A stretch of DNA of 64,000 nt from Candidatus Latescibacterota bacterium. GTDB taxonomy: Bacteria; Latescibacterota; UBA2968; UBA8231. Shown piece after piece: positions 20,187-30,608 of this stretch (the first letter of the stretch is position 1; every line of letters begins with the position of its first letter). Both the position numbers and the translations under genes were made by a program. Location of the stretch: assembly GCA_965248355.1 (NCBI GenBank), contig OZ252098.1, forward strand, positions 1,024,001 to 1,088,000, read 5' to 3'. The notes below the pieces were generated by a model. It worked only from the letters and a program-made list of their open reading frames with translations. It had not been told where the DNA came from and ran no database searches.

Positions 20187-20675
20187 ATGGCCGAGACAGA
20201 GGCCACCGACCAACGGGCGATCCGATCAGTGGAGCCGGAGGGGTTGCGTCCGCTCCTGTTTGATCTCGCCGAGCCCGTCGTGGCCGATCACGGCGCCGAG
20301 CTCGTCGATGTCGAGGTCTCCGGGTCGGGTAGTTTCAACGTTCGCCTGTCGGTCTATCGAGAGTCGGGTGTCACCGCCGATCTCTGCGAAGCCATCTCCC
20401 GGGAGCTCTCCGATCTCCTCGACATCGAGGATCCCGTCCCTGGACGCTATCGGCTGGAGGTGACTTCGCCCGGCCTCGAGAGGCCCCTGAGGACCGACGC
20501 CGACTTTCGCCGCGCCCACCGGCGCAGGCTCAAGGTCCTCACCTGGGACGGTCGTACCGAGTTCGGCCGCCTCGCCGGTGTTACGGAGACGTCGATCGAA
20601 CTGGATCGCGACGAGGGTCCGCGTTGCGTTGACCGTAGCGACATTTCGCGGGCCACCATCGAAGTGGAATTCTGA
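20187..20675 (+). CDS. rimP: Ribosome maturation factor RimP
   Basis: YRLEVTSPGLERPL; upstream of nusA. Confidence 0.95.
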   Translation: MAETEATDQRAIRSVEPEGLRPLLFDLAEPVVADHGAELVDVEVSGSGSFNVRLSVYRESGVTADLCEAISRELSDLLDIEDPVPGRYRLEVTSPGLERPLRTDADFRRAHRRRLKVLTWDGRTEFGRLAGVTETSIELDRDEGPRCVDRSDISRATIEVEF

Positions 20676-20685
20676 ACGGAGCGGG

Positions 20686-22185
20686 ATGAACGCGGAGTTC
20701 AACATCATCGAGGCCCTGGGGCAGATCGCGCGCGAAAAGAACGTCGACCGCGAGATGGTTATTCAGACCTTGGCCGACGCCCTCGTCTCGGCTGCCAAGA
20801 AGCGCTACGGCAACGTGGACAACTTCGAGGTCCAGACCGATTCGGCAACTGGTCGCATGCGAGTGGTCGCCCGCAAGACCGTTGTAGAAGAGGTCAGTGT
20901 GCCCGAGTTGGAGATCGACATCGAGGAGGCGCGCGGAATCGATCACCAGGCCCAGATTGGCTCGGTGGTCTTCGCGGAATTGAACTTGGCGGACTTTGGC
21001 CGCAACGCCATCCAGACGGCCAAGCAGATCCTGGTCCAGCGGGTGCGCGAGGCCGAGCGCGAGCACATCTACGAGGAGTTCGCCAGTCGCATCGGAAAGA
21101 TCGAGTCCGGCACGGTGCAGCAGATCAGCCACGGCGACATCATCATGAATCTCGGGCGGGCCGAAGCGGGCGTTCCCCTCAAGGAGCAGATCCGGCGCGA
21201 GCGCTACCGTCAGGGCGACACGGTGCGCGGCTACATCTTCGAGATCCTCAAGTCCACCCGTGGTCCCCAGGTCTTGCTGTCGCGGACCCATCCGGAGTTC
21301 CTGCGCAAGCTGTTCTCCCTCGAGGTTCCGGAGATCGCCGAAGGGATCGTGACCATTCACGCCGTCGCCCGCGAACCGGGCGAGCGGGCCAAGATCGCGG
21401 TGAGTTCGAACGATGAACGCGTGGACCCGGTCGGTGCCTGCGTGGGCGTCAAGGGGTCGAGGGTGCAGGCCGTCGTCCGCGAGCTGTCCGGAGAGCGGAT
21501 CGACATCGTGCCCTGGATCGACGAGGCCGACATCTTCATCTCCCGGGCCTTGGGCCCGGCGACGGTTTCCCGTGTCATCACCGACGATCGACGTCACCAC
21601 GCTCAGGTCATTGTGGAAGAGGAGCAGCTGTCCCTCGCCATCGGCAAGTCCGGACAGAACTCCCGGCTGGCCGTTCAGCTCACTGGCTGGGGCCTGGACA
21701 TCATCACCGAAGAGGAGTATCAGCGCCGCCTCCGCCGACTGGAAGAGAGCAAGGTGGAGTTGCGGCACCTCGAGGGTGTCAGCGAGCTCATCTCCCTCAG
21801 TCTCGCCACGTCCGGCTTCATCTCCATCCGGGGCATTGCCCAGGCCGAGGTCGAGATGCTGCGCACCGTGCCCGGTCTGGAAGGAGAGGATCAGGCGGCA
21901 CGACTGAGAGAGTTGGCCCTGGCCTATGTGGAGCAGGCGGAGGTCTCCGGCGAGGAATTGAGGCCTGCCTCACTCGAAGAGTTGGAGTCCGCCGAGCGAG
22001 CCGCTGTCGAGGCCAGGGACGCCCTGCTGGCGGAGGAGGACCAGGCGGAGACCGCTGCCGCGGCGACGGCAGTGGAGGGTGGTGACGAAGACAGATCGGC
22101 CGGGGGCGAAGCCGTGAGCGCCGCCTCCGGTGACGTCGAGGCGCCCAGCCCCGACTCCGCAATCGAAAACGACTTGACCGGTTAG
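20686..22185 (+). CDS. nusA: Transcription factor NusA
   Basis: FGRNAIQTAKQ, S1 and KH domains, DPVGACVGVKGSRV; acidic tail. Confidence 0.97.
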   Translation: MNAEFNIIEALGQIAREKNVDREMVIQTLADALVSAAKKRYGNVDNFEVQTDSATGRMRVVARKTVVEEVSVPELEIDIEEARGIDHQAQIGSVVFAELNLADFGRNAIQTAKQILVQRVREAEREHIYEEFASRIGKIESGTVQQISHGDIIMNLGRAEAGVPLKEQIRRERYRQGDTVRGYIFEILKSTRGPQVLLSRTHPEFLRKLFSLEVPEIAEGIVTIHAVAREPGERAKIAVSSNDERVDPVGACVGVKGSRVQAVVRELSGERIDIVPWIDEADIFISRALGPATVSRVITDDRRHHAQVIVEEEQLSLAIGKSGQNSRLAVQLTGWGLDIITEEEYQRRLRRLEESKVELRHLEGVSELISLSLATSGFISIRGIAQAEVEMLRTVPGLEGEDQAARLRELALAYVEQAEVSGEELRPASLEELESAERAAVEARDALLAEEDQAETAAAATAVEGGDEDRSAGGEAVSAASGDVEAPSPDSAIENDLTG

Positions 22186-22204
22186 TCAATCGAGGAAGCA
22201 CTAT

Positions 22205-24637
22205 TTGGAAAAGCGCAGGGTATATCAGGTAGCGAAGGAGAAGAAGCTCTCCAGCGACGCCCTCATCTCCATGCTGAAAGGGATGGGGCAGGAGGTGAGG
22301 AGCCACATGAGTGTGGTGACGCCCGAGATGCTGGAGGCGATCACCAAGAAGATCGATGAGGAGAAGCGGTCCTCCATCGAGGAGGTGCAGCGCCAGAAGG
22401 TCAAGGAGACCCAGCGAAAGGCCGAGGCCCGAGCCGGGCGGCAACCTCAGGATACCAAGGAGGAGAGCAAGCCGCGGGACAGCCGTACCTCGCAGCGTCG
22501 AGCCGATCCGATCGCACGCCCGGGGATGCCCGCCCCAGCGCCGGATCGTCCGGACGATGGTCGTCGTCGCAAGCGACGGGGGGGCAAGGTCGACGAGGAG
22601 ATGCTCAACGAGCTCCGCGAGACCCATACCGCCGATCGGCCTGCCGAGAAGACCTCCGCCACCCCCTCCTCCACCCCCTCCTCCGGCCCCGATGTCAGCG
22701 GCCGCTGGCGAGCCGGCGGCGGCCGCCAGCGGCGCCGCAAGCAGGTCGACTCGCAGGCCGTGCAGGAGAGCGTCCGGAAAACGCTGAGCCAAATCAGCGA
22801 AGGCCGCACGCGTCGGCGCTACGACCGTTCGCGCGACGAGGGAGGCGAGGAGGCCGGGCTGGAGGAGGCGCAGATCCTCCATATCAACGAATTCGCCACG
22901 GTCGGCGAGCTGGCGGAGGCCATGCATGTCCGGCCGGCTGAAGTAATCGCCGTCTGCCTGCATCTGGGCGTGGTCGTGACCATCAACCAACGCCTGGACA
23001 TGGACACCATGGTGACCGTGGCCGACGAGTTCGGCTACGAGCTCAAGCGCCTGGAAGCGGCCGAAGAAGAGGCGGATCTGGACTTCGCCCACGACGGTCT
23101 GGTCGACGAGGGAGATGTGGGAGAGCCAGCGCCGCGTCCGCCCGTGGTCACCGTCATGGGACACGTGGACCACGGCAAGACCTCCCTGCTCGACTACCTG
23201 CGCAAGACCAACGTCGTCAAGGGCGAGTCCGGGGGCATCACCCAGCACATCGGGGCCTACTCAGTGCGCCTCTCCAGCGGCCGATCGATCACTTTCCTCG
23301 ACACGCCCGGCCACGCCGCCTTCACCGCCATGCGGGCCCGCGGTGCCCGGATCACGGACCTCGTCATCCTCATCGTCGCTGCCGACGACAGCGTGATGCC
23401 GCAGACGATCGAAGCGATCGACCACGCGCGAGCGGCTCAGGTGCCGATTGTGGTGGCCATCAACAAGACCGATCTGCCCACGGCCGATCCAGAGCGGATC
23501 AAACGCGAGCTGGCCGAGCATCAGGTTCTCGTCGAGGGGTGGGGGGGGCAGGTCTCCTGCGCCGAGATATCCGCCACGACCGGCACGGGAATCGACCAAC
23601 TCCTCGAATCGGTGCTGCTCGAGGCGGAGGTTCTGGAGTTGGAGGCTTTCCCGCAGAGACGCGCCAATGGCACCGTCGTCGAGGGCCAGCTCGACAGGGG
23701 ACGCGGCGCCGTAGCCACCGTTCTCGTCCAGGATGGCACCCTGAACCAGGGCGACCCCTTTGTAACCGGCATGTACGGAGGCCGGGTACGGGCGCTGATG
23801 GACGAGCAGAATGCACGCCTGAAGTCGGTGGGCCCGGGTACACCGGTGCAAGTCCTCGGGTTGAGCGGGGTACCCCAGGCGGGCGACACCTTCGCCGTGG
23901 TCCCCTCCGAGCGCGATGCCAAGGCCATCGTCGCCGGGCGCCAGCAGATCAAGCGCGAGCAGGACGCCCGCCAGAGGAGCCTGACCCTCGGCGACCTGCA
24001 GCACCAGATACAGGAAGGCCGCATCAAGGATCTCAACGTCGTGGTCAAGGGCGACGTGGACGGCTCGGTGGAGGCCATCACCCAGGAGCTGGGGGGCATC
24101 ACCCACGAGGAGGTGCGCATCGCCGTCATTCACGCGGCGGTGGGGCCCGTATCCGACAACGACGTCATGCTGGCCTCGGCCTCCGGGGCGGTGATCATCG
24201 CCTTCCACGTGGACATCGACAACTCCGCCCGCGCCACGGCCGAGAACAGCGGCGTCGAGGTCCGGGAGTACAGCGTGATCTACGAGGTCGTGGCGGAGTT
24301 GAGGGCCGCCCTGTCCGGCCTGCTCTCTCCAAGTCTCGAGGAGCGCATCGTCGGCACGGTCGAGGTCCGCCAAGTGTTCGAATCTTCCCGCGCCGGCAAC
24401 ATCGCCGGATGCTACGTGCAGGACGGCCGCATCGCCCGCAGCAGCAAGGTCCGGCTGCGCCGCGAGCAGGAGATCCTCTGGGAGGGCCGAATCTCGTCTT
24501 TGCGCCGTTTCAAGGATGACGTGCGTGAGGTGCTCGAGGGGTTCGAATGCGGCATCTCCCTGGAGGGGCACAACGATGTCCGCGAGGGAGACCTGATCGA
24601 ATCGGTCGATGTCGTCGAAACCGCGCGAACCCTCTAG
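22205..24637 (+). CDS. infB: Translation initiation factor IF-2
   Basis: [27 protein letters not shown]. Confidence 0.98.
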   Translation: MEKRRVYQVAKEKKLSSDALISMLKGMGQEVRSHMSVVTPEMLEAITKKIDEEKRSSIEEVQRQKVKETQRKAEARAGRQPQDTKEESKPRDSRTSQRRADPIARPGMPAPAPDRPDDGRRRKRRGGKVDEEMLNELRETHTADRPAEKTSATPSSTPSSGPDVSGRWRAGGGRQRRRKQVDSQAVQESVRKTLSQISEGRTRRRYDRSRDEGGEEAGLEEAQILHINEFATVGELAEAMHVRPAEVIAVCLHLGVVVTINQRLDMDTMVTVADEFGYELKRLEAAEEEADLDFAHDGLVDEGDVGEPAPRPPVVTVMGHVDHGKTSLLDYLRKTNVVKGESGGITQHIGAYSVRLSSGRSITFLDTPGHAAFTAMRARGARITDLVILIVAADDSVMPQTIEAIDHARAAQVPIVVAINKTDLPTADPERIKRELAEHQVLVEGWGGQVSCAEISATTGTGIDQLLESVLLEAEVLELEAFPQRRANGTVVEGQLDRGRGAVATVLVQDGTLNQGDPFVTGMYGGRVRALMDEQNARLKSVGPGTPVQVLGLSGVPQAGDTFAVVPSERDAKAIVAGRQQIKREQDARQRSLTLGDLQHQIQEGRIKDLNVVVKGDVDGSVEAITQELGGITHEEVRIAVIHAAVGPVSDNDVMLASASGAVIIAFHVDIDNSARATAENSGVEVREYSVIYEVVAELRAALSGLLSPSLEERIVGTVEVRQVFESSRAGNIAGCYVQDGRIARSSKVRLRREQEILWEGRISSLRRFKDDVREVLEGFECGISLEGHNDVREGDLIESVDVVETARTL

Positions 24638-24655
24638 AGTTGCGCCTAGGGAACC

Positions 24656-24937
24656 TTGGTCGTCCTGGTCAGCGAAGTGCAGTTGTTTCTGCCCGACGCT
24701 CAGTCCCTGAAGCAGAAACGCCAGGTGCTCAACAGTATCAAGGAGCGCCTGCACAACCGGTTTCACCTGTCCGCAGCCGAGGTCGGTCACGCCGACCTGT
24801 GGCAGCGCAGCACACTCGGCATGGCCGTGGTCAGCAACTCCGGGCGGCAGGCGGACGAGGTGCTGGCCAAGGCGGTGAATTTCATCGAATCCGACGGACG
24901 GGTGCAGATCATCGACTACACCGTCGAGGAGCGCTGA
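24656..24937 (+). CDS. DUF503 (YlxP) protein
   Basis: SLKQKR..L.SIK..L..RF..S.AEV; lies between infB and rbfA. Confidence 0.88.
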   Translation: MVVLVSEVQLFLPDAQSLKQKRQVLNSIKERLHNRFHLSAAEVGHADLWQRSTLGMAVVSNSGRQADEVLAKAVNFIESDGRVQIIDYTVEER

Positions 24938-24939
24938 GC

Positions 24940-25323
24940 TTGGCCAGAAGCCACCGCGTGCAACGCCTGCGCCTGCAGTTGCGCCGCGAGTTGGGCGATA
25001 TCGTGCGCCGGCTGCGTGATCCGCGCCTCGGGTTCGTCACCGTCATGGACGTGGAGGTCTCCAGTGAAGACCTCGGCCACGCCACCTTGTTCGTGAGTGT
25101 CCTCGGTGAGACCGAGGAGCAGGTAAAGGCGGTGGCTGCCTTGAACAGCGCCCTCGGGTTCATCCGCCGCGAACTGGCCCGACGGTTGACGATCCGGCAC
25201 GTGCCCGAGCTATCGGTCCGCTACGACGACACCTCGGAGCGGGCCGCCAGAGTCAGCTCCCTTCTCGATCGGCTGCCCTCTACCGGGGGCGCCGCGGCGG
25301 AGGCCCCGACGGCCCGTGAATGA
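24940..25323 (+). CDS. rbfA: Ribosome-binding factor A
   Basis: DPRLGFVTV, GFIRRELA, VPEL...D. Confidence 0.93.
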   Translation: MARSHRVQRLRLQLRRELGDIVRRLRDPRLGFVTVMDVEVSSEDLGHATLFVSVLGETEEQVKAVAALNSALGFIRRELARRLTIRHVPELSVRYDDTSERAARVSSLLDRLPSTGGAAAEAPTARE

Positions 25324-26210
25324 CCATGGACGGGACCGGGGGGGTCCTCGTCGTCGACAAGCCTACGGGGCCCACGTCGCACGATGTCGTGGCCAGGGTT
25401 CGCCGGGCCCTGGGGATCCGCCGTGTGGGACACTGCGGGACCCTCGATCCCCTGGCCACCGGCGTCCTCGTTCTCTGCGTCGGTCCCATGACCCGGTTCA
25501 GCCGATGGTTGACCGGCGGGGACAAGGAGTACGATGCCTGCTTCCGACTCGGGGCGACGAGCGACACCGACGACGCCCTGGGACGGATCACCGAAACGCG
25601 GTCGGTCAGGCCGCCGGACCGAAGTGAAATCGAGGATGTCTTGGAACGCTTCCGGGGGGGCATCGATCAGGTGCCGCCCGAGCATTCGGCGGTCAGGGTT
25701 CGCGGCCTCCGCAGCTACCACAGGGCCCGGCGCCAGGTGCCCACGGGATTGACTGCGCGACCGGTCCGGATCGATCGGTTCGAAGTCGTCAGCTACGAAC
25801 CGCCCCGGTTGCGGGTACGCGTGCAATGTGGGAAGGGCACCTACATCCGCTCCCTGGCCCGTGACCTCGGCCAGGCCTTGGGTTGTGGTGGTTTCGTGGA
25901 GCAGTTGAGACGTCTTCGTGTCGGCAGCCTGACGATCGGCGACGCCGTCGAGTGGGCAGCCCTGGAGCGACAGGGCGTGAAGGAGAGACTCCTCGATGCG
26001 CGCCAGGCCCTGCGCGGAATCCTGGGCTTCGTCGACGTCGACCGGGAAGACGCAGAGGCCTTCACCCACGGGCGCCCTGTTCCGGTAGAGGCGCGGCCGG
26101 GGGAACGGGCCGTCTTTCATCAGGCCGGTTTTCTCGGCGTGGGGCAAGTCGACGAAGAGGGCCGTTTGCAGCCGAGAAGGGTGGTAGCGGAGTGGTCCCC
26201 CCTTCCCTGA
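25320..26210 (+). CDS. truB: tRNA pseudouridine(55) synthase
   Basis: DKP.G.TSHDVV, GHCGTLDPLATGVL, GTYIRSLA. Confidence 0.96.
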   Translation: MTMDGTGGVLVVDKPTGPTSHDVVARVRRALGIRRVGHCGTLDPLATGVLVLCVGPMTRFSRWLTGGDKEYDACFRLGATSDTDDALGRITETRSVRPPDRSEIEDVLERFRGGIDQVPPEHSAVRVRGLRSYHRARRQVPTGLTARPVRIDRFEVVSYEPPRLRVRVQCGKGTYIRSLARDLGQALGCGGFVEQLRRLRVGSLTIGDAVEWAALERQGVKERLLDARQALRGILGFVDVDREDAEAFTHGRPVPVEARPGERAVFHQAGFLGVGQVDEEGRLQPRRVVAEWSPLP

Positions 26211-26284
26211 GAGAGTCCTGCAGGTCTCCGAAAGCCACGGGAGCCCAAGGCAACGACAGGGCGGCACGACCGGCGGGAGCCGCC

Positions 26285-26671
26285 ATGGAACGGGCGCGGT
26301 GTGACGGGTTTCCGGCCGTGACCATGGAGGGCACGGTGGTCCGGGGAGACGGACGGGGCCGGCGGCTCGGATTTCCGACGGCGAACCTTCGTCTCGACCC
26401 CGATACCGACCCGCCCCTGGGTGTCTTCGCGGCGCGCGTCGAGGGCGCGGGACTCCAGGTTGCGGCCGTGGCCAACATCGGCACCCGGCCGACCTTTGAA
26501 GGCCAGGACGTCTCGGTAGAAGTGCACCTGTTGGACTTCGAGGGCGACCTGTACGATCGGAGGTTGCGGGTTACCCTCGACCGGCGGCTCCGAGGTGAAC
26601 GGCGTTTCGACACGGTCGAGGAGCTGCGGCGCCAGATCGCCGGAGATATCGAACAGGCCCGCGCCCGATAA
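26285..26671 (+). CDS. Stand-alone riboflavin kinase (C-terminal RibF domain only)
   Basis: G.VV.G..RGR.LGFPTANL, NIGTRPTF, EVHLLDF.GDLY; no room for the FMN adenylyltransferase domain. Confidence 0.88.
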   Translation: MERARCDGFPAVTMEGTVVRGDGRGRRLGFPTANLRLDPDTDPPLGVFAARVEGAGLQVAAVANIGTRPTFEGQDVSVEVHLLDFEGDLYDRRLRVTLDRRLRGERRFDTVEELRRQIAGDIEQARAR

Positions 26672-26705
26672 GGGGATGGGCTACACACAACTTGGAGGCA
26701 AGACG

Positions 26706-26975
26706 TTGTCGATCACAGCAGAACGCAGAAAAGAGCTGGTGGTGAAGTTCGGAGAGGCCGAGGCCGACACAGGGTCTGCGGCGGTGCAGATCGCCATCCT
26801 CTCCGAGCGCATTCGCAATCTCACCGGGCACCTGCAGGTCCACAAGCAGGACTTCGCCACGCGGCGGGGATTGCTGAAGCTCATCGGGCGGCGGCGGCGC
26901 CTGCAGCAGTATCTGCAGGGGAAGTCGCCGGAAGCCTACGCGGCTCTGATCAAGGACCTGGACCTGCGACGCTGA
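26706..26975 (+). CDS. rpsO: 30S ribosomal protein S15
   Basis: GGAGG RBS, 89 aa, DTGS..VQIA.L..RI..L..HL. Confidence 0.97.
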   Translation: MSITAERRKELVVKFGEAEADTGSAAVQIAILSERIRNLTGHLQVHKQDFATRRGLLKLIGRRRRLQQYLQGKSPEAYAALIKDLDLRR

Positions 26976-27072
26976 AGCCGCGTCGCAGGAACCGGTTCCG
27001 TCCACGAACGATCCGCCCCCTCCATGCGGCGGATCCCACCCCAACGCTACACAGGAAAGCAAGTCGGAAGAG

Positions 27073-29148
27073 ATGAATCACAAAGTCGAATTGGAATGGG
27101 GCGGGCGCACGCTCACCCTGGAGACCGGCAAGATCGCCGCACGAGCCAACGGTGCCGTGTGGGTCCGTTACGCCGACACGATCGTGCTGGTCACCGCCTG
27201 CCGGTCCCGCCGCGCCGAGGACAGGGGGTTTCTGCCCCTGACCGTCGAATACCGCGAGAAGGGCTATGCCGCCGGTCACATCCCCGGCAACTTCTTCAAG
27301 CGGGAAGGGCGCATGGGGGAGAAGGAGACCCTCAGTGCGCGGATGATCGATCACATGATCCGCCCCCTGTTCCCCAAGAAGTTCCCCCACGAGATCCAGG
27401 TCTTCGTCACCGTCCTCTCCGCGGACGGGGAGAACGAGGCCGACATCATCGGCATGGTCGGAGCCTCGGCGGCTCTGTGCCTCTCCGACATGCCTTTCTC
27501 AGGGCCCATCGCAGCGATCCGAGTCGGCCGCGTCGACGGCGACCTGATCGTCAACCCGACCCTTTCCCAGCTCGGGGAGAGCGACATGGACCTCATCATC
27601 TCGGGCGACAGGGACAGCATCGGGTCCGTCGAAGGCGCCGCTGAGGAGATCTCGGAGGCCGCCCTGCTGGAAGCCCTGGAGTTCGCTCACGAGCACATCC
27701 AGGAGATTCTCGATCTGCAGGAGGATCTGGCCGAGAAGGGGGGGCACGGCAAGATGGAGTACACGTCCCCCGTGGTCGACCCCGAGCTGGTGAAGGCCGT
27801 GAAGGAGGCCGCTGGGAGCCGCATCTCCGAGGCGAACCGCAGCGGAGACCGCGACAGGCGCGGGGCCCTGATCGAGCAGATGGAGGCCGAGGTCAGCTCC
27901 GAGCTGGGAGAGCGCTTTCCCGACTCGGAGAAGGCTATCGGGGAACTGCTGTACGACATGACCCGATCGGACATGCGCAGGATGGTGCTGTCCGACAAGC
28001 GGCGCATCGACGGCCGACAGCTCGACGAGGTCCGTGAGGTGACCTGCGAGGTCGGAATCCTGCCACGAGCTCACGGCTCGGCCCTCTTCACCCGGGGGCA
28101 GACCCAGGCCCTCTGCGCGTCGACCCTGGGGAACAAATTCGACGAGAGGATGATCGAGGACCTGCGGGGCAAGGCCTTCAAGTCCTATTACCTCGATTAC
28201 AACTTCCCCTCCTACAGCACCGACGAAGTCTCCTTTCCCCGGGGTCCGGGGCGGCGTGAGATCGGACATGGCCACCTGGCCGAGCGGGCCCTGGAGCCGG
28301 TGATTCCAACCGTGGATTCCTTCCCTTACACCGTCCGGCTGGTCTCCGACATCCAGTCCTCGAATGGTTCCACATCGATGGCCACCGTGTGCGGCTCCTC
28401 GCTGGCCCTCATGGACGCGGGCATCCCGATCAAGTCCGCGGTCACCGCCTCCGGCGTCGGTCTGATCAGCGAGGGCGAGGAGTACGCCATCCTCACCGAC
28501 ATCCTCGGCGACGAGGACTTCCTCGGCGACATGGACCTCAAGGTGGCGGGGACGGAAGAGGGGATCACGGCGGTGCAGATGGAAAACAAGATCGCCGGCA
28601 TCCGCCTCGAAATCCTCGAGGAGGCCCTGGAGCGGGCCCGGGCGGGACGCATGCACATCCTCGGCATCATGAACGCCTGCATCGAGACCCATCGGGCCGA
28701 GCTCTCCTCGCACGCCCCCAGAATCGAGTTCCTGAAGATCGACCCGCAAAAAATCGGCGCCGTCATCGGCCCGGGTGGCCGCACCATCCGCGAGATCGAG
28801 AAGACGGGGGCCAGCGTCAGTGTCGAGGACGACGGGACGATCACCGTTTCCGCTGTCGAGGCAGAGGCCGCGAACCAGGCCCGGGCGATGATCGAAGCGA
28901 TCACGGCAGAGGCCGTGATCGGCGCCGAGTACGAAGGCACGGTAAAGCGGATCATGCCCTTCGGGGCCTTCGTCGAGATTCTCCCCGGCAAGGAGGGGTT
29001 GTTGCACATCTCCGAGCTCGACCACCACCGTGTGGACACGGTGGAGGATGTGGTCGCCGAGGGAGACCAGGTGGCGGTGAAGGTTCTCGACATCGACAAC
29101 GCCGGCAAGATCCGGCTCAGCCGCAAAGCGATGCTGCCGAGGAACTGA
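27073..29148 (+). CDS. pnp: Polyribonucleotide nucleotidyltransferase
   Basis: FLPLTVEY, RREIGHG, SNGSTSMA, KH and S1 domains. Confidence 0.98.
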   Translation: MNHKVELEWGGRTLTLETGKIAARANGAVWVRYADTIVLVTACRSRRAEDRGFLPLTVEYREKGYAAGHIPGNFFKREGRMGEKETLSARMIDHMIRPLFPKKFPHEIQVFVTVLSADGENEADIIGMVGASAALCLSDMPFSGPIAAIRVGRVDGDLIVNPTLSQLGESDMDLIISGDRDSIGSVEGAAEEISEAALLEALEFAHEHIQEILDLQEDLAEKGGHGKMEYTSPVVDPELVKAVKEAAGSRISEANRSGDRDRRGALIEQMEAEVSSELGERFPDSEKAIGELLYDMTRSDMRRMVLSDKRRIDGRQLDEVREVTCEVGILPRAHGSALFTRGQTQALCASTLGNKFDERMIEDLRGKAFKSYYLDYNFPSYSTDEVSFPRGPGRREIGHGHLAERALEPVIPTVDSFPYTVRLVSDIQSSNGSTSMATVCGSSLALMDAGIPIKSAVTASGVGLISEGEEYAILTDILGDEDFLGDMDLKVAGTEEGITAVQMENKIAGIRLEILEEALERARAGRMHILGIMNACIETHRAELSSHAPRIEFLKIDPQKIGAVIGPGGRTIREIEKTGASVSVEDDGTITVSAVEAEAANQARAMIEAITAEAVIGAEYEGTVKRIMPFGAFVEILPGKEGLLHISELDHHRVDTVEDVVAEGDQVAVKVLDIDNAGKIRLSRKAMLPRN

Positions 29149-29277
29149 AGGCCGCGAAAGGAAGGCGCCAGGCAGGCGCGGGAAGGCTATCGAAGCTCGC
29201 AGGAGGTCCCTCGGCATCGGTAGTCTTCTGTTGATGCATGCACCGGCCTCGACGGTCGGTGGAAGGATGAATGTTCG

Positions 29278-30606
29278 GTGAGGGACGAGGTTTGGGCCCC
29301 GGATGGTGAGCCCACGGTCCGAATCTCCCATATCGCGGAGAGGGAGGGCGAGCGCGTTCAGTTGCACGGCTGGATCTACAACAGCCGCTCCAGCGGCAAG
29401 CTCCACTTCCTTCAGGTCCGTGACGGTACCGGCATCATCCAGTGCGTCCTGTTCCAGGGCGACGTGACGCCGGAAGTGTTCGAACGCTGCCATCAACTGC
29501 CTCAGGAGACGGCTGTGATCGTACGGGGCCGGGTGCGCTCCGACCCGCGTTCCCCCCTCGGTTTCGAACTGGGGGTGGCGGATCTGGAGGTCGTGCATCG
29601 GTCGGAGGAGTATCCCATCTCACCCAAGGAGCACGGCGTCGCCTTCCTGATGGAGCATCGCCATCTGTGGCTGCGCTCGCTGCGCCCACACGCCGTGCTG
29701 CAGGTGCGCGCCGTGGTGATCGATGCCTGCCGGGAGTACATGCGCCAGGAGGGCTTCCTGCTGATCGACGCCCCGGTGCTCACACCCGCGGCCTGCGAGG
29801 GAACGACGACGCTCTTCGAGACCGACTACTTCGGCGAGACGGCCTACCTGACCCAGAGCGGCCAGCTCTACATGGAGGCCGCGGCCATGGCCTTTGGAAA
29901 GGTCTATTGCTTCGGGCCCACCTTCCGCGCCGAGAAGTCGAAGACCCGGCGCCACCTCACCGAGTTCTGGATGATCGAGCCGGAGATGGCCTACTGCGAT
30001 CTGGCGGGCGGGATGGAGGTCGCGGAGGGATTGGTGACCCACGTGGTTCGGAGGGTCCTTGCGGACTGCCGCGGTGACCTGGAGGCGCTGGAACGCGATC
30101 CGTCGCCCCTGGAAGAGGTCGCCGGCGGGCAGCCCTTCCCGCGTATCTCCTATGATGAGGCCATCGAGATCCTTCGCGACGAGGGCAGCGACCTGCCTTG
30201 GGGGAGCGATCTCGGCGGCGACGACGAGACCCTGCTGTCGCGTCGGTTCGACCGGCCCGTACTCGTCCATCGATACCCGGCGCAGGTGAAGGCCTTCTAC
30301 ATGAAGACCGACCCCGAGGACGGGCGGCTGGCCCTGTGCGTGGACATGCTGGCCCCGGAGGGATACGGAGAGATCGTCGGGGGCGGCCAGCGGGAGGACG
30401 ACCTGCAGGTGATCGAAGCCCGCCTCGCCGAGCACGGCCTGCCCGCCGAGGCCTTCGCCTGGTACCTCGATCTGAGGCGGTACGGCTCCGTTCCGCACGC
30501 CGGATTCGGCATGGGGATCGAGCGCGTCGTGGCCTGGCTGTGCGGCACCCGCCATGTGCGCGAGACGATTCCCTTTCCCAGGACCCTGCAGAGGCTCTAC
30601 CCCTGA
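29278..30606 (+). CDS. asnS: Asparagine--tRNA ligase
   Basis: [36 protein letters not shown]. Confidence 0.95.
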   Translation: MRDEVWAPDGEPTVRISHIAEREGERVQLHGWIYNSRSSGKLHFLQVRDGTGIIQCVLFQGDVTPEVFERCHQLPQETAVIVRGRVRSDPRSPLGFELGVADLEVVHRSEEYPISPKEHGVAFLMEHRHLWLRSLRPHAVLQVRAVVIDACREYMRQEGFLLIDAPVLTPAACEGTTTLFETDYFGETAYLTQSGQLYMEAAAMAFGKVYCFGPTFRAEKSKTRRHLTEFWMIEPEMAYCDLAGGMEVAEGLVTHVVRRVLADCRGDLEALERDPSPLEEVAGGQPFPRISYDEAIEILRDEGSDLPWGSDLGGDDETLLSRRFDRPVLVHRYPAQVKAFYMKTDPEDGRLALCVDMLAPEGYGEIVGGGQREDDLQVIEARLAEHGLPAEAFAWYLDLRRYGSVPHAGFGMGIERVVAWLCGTRHVRETIPFPRTLQRLYP

Positions 30607-30608
30607 CC

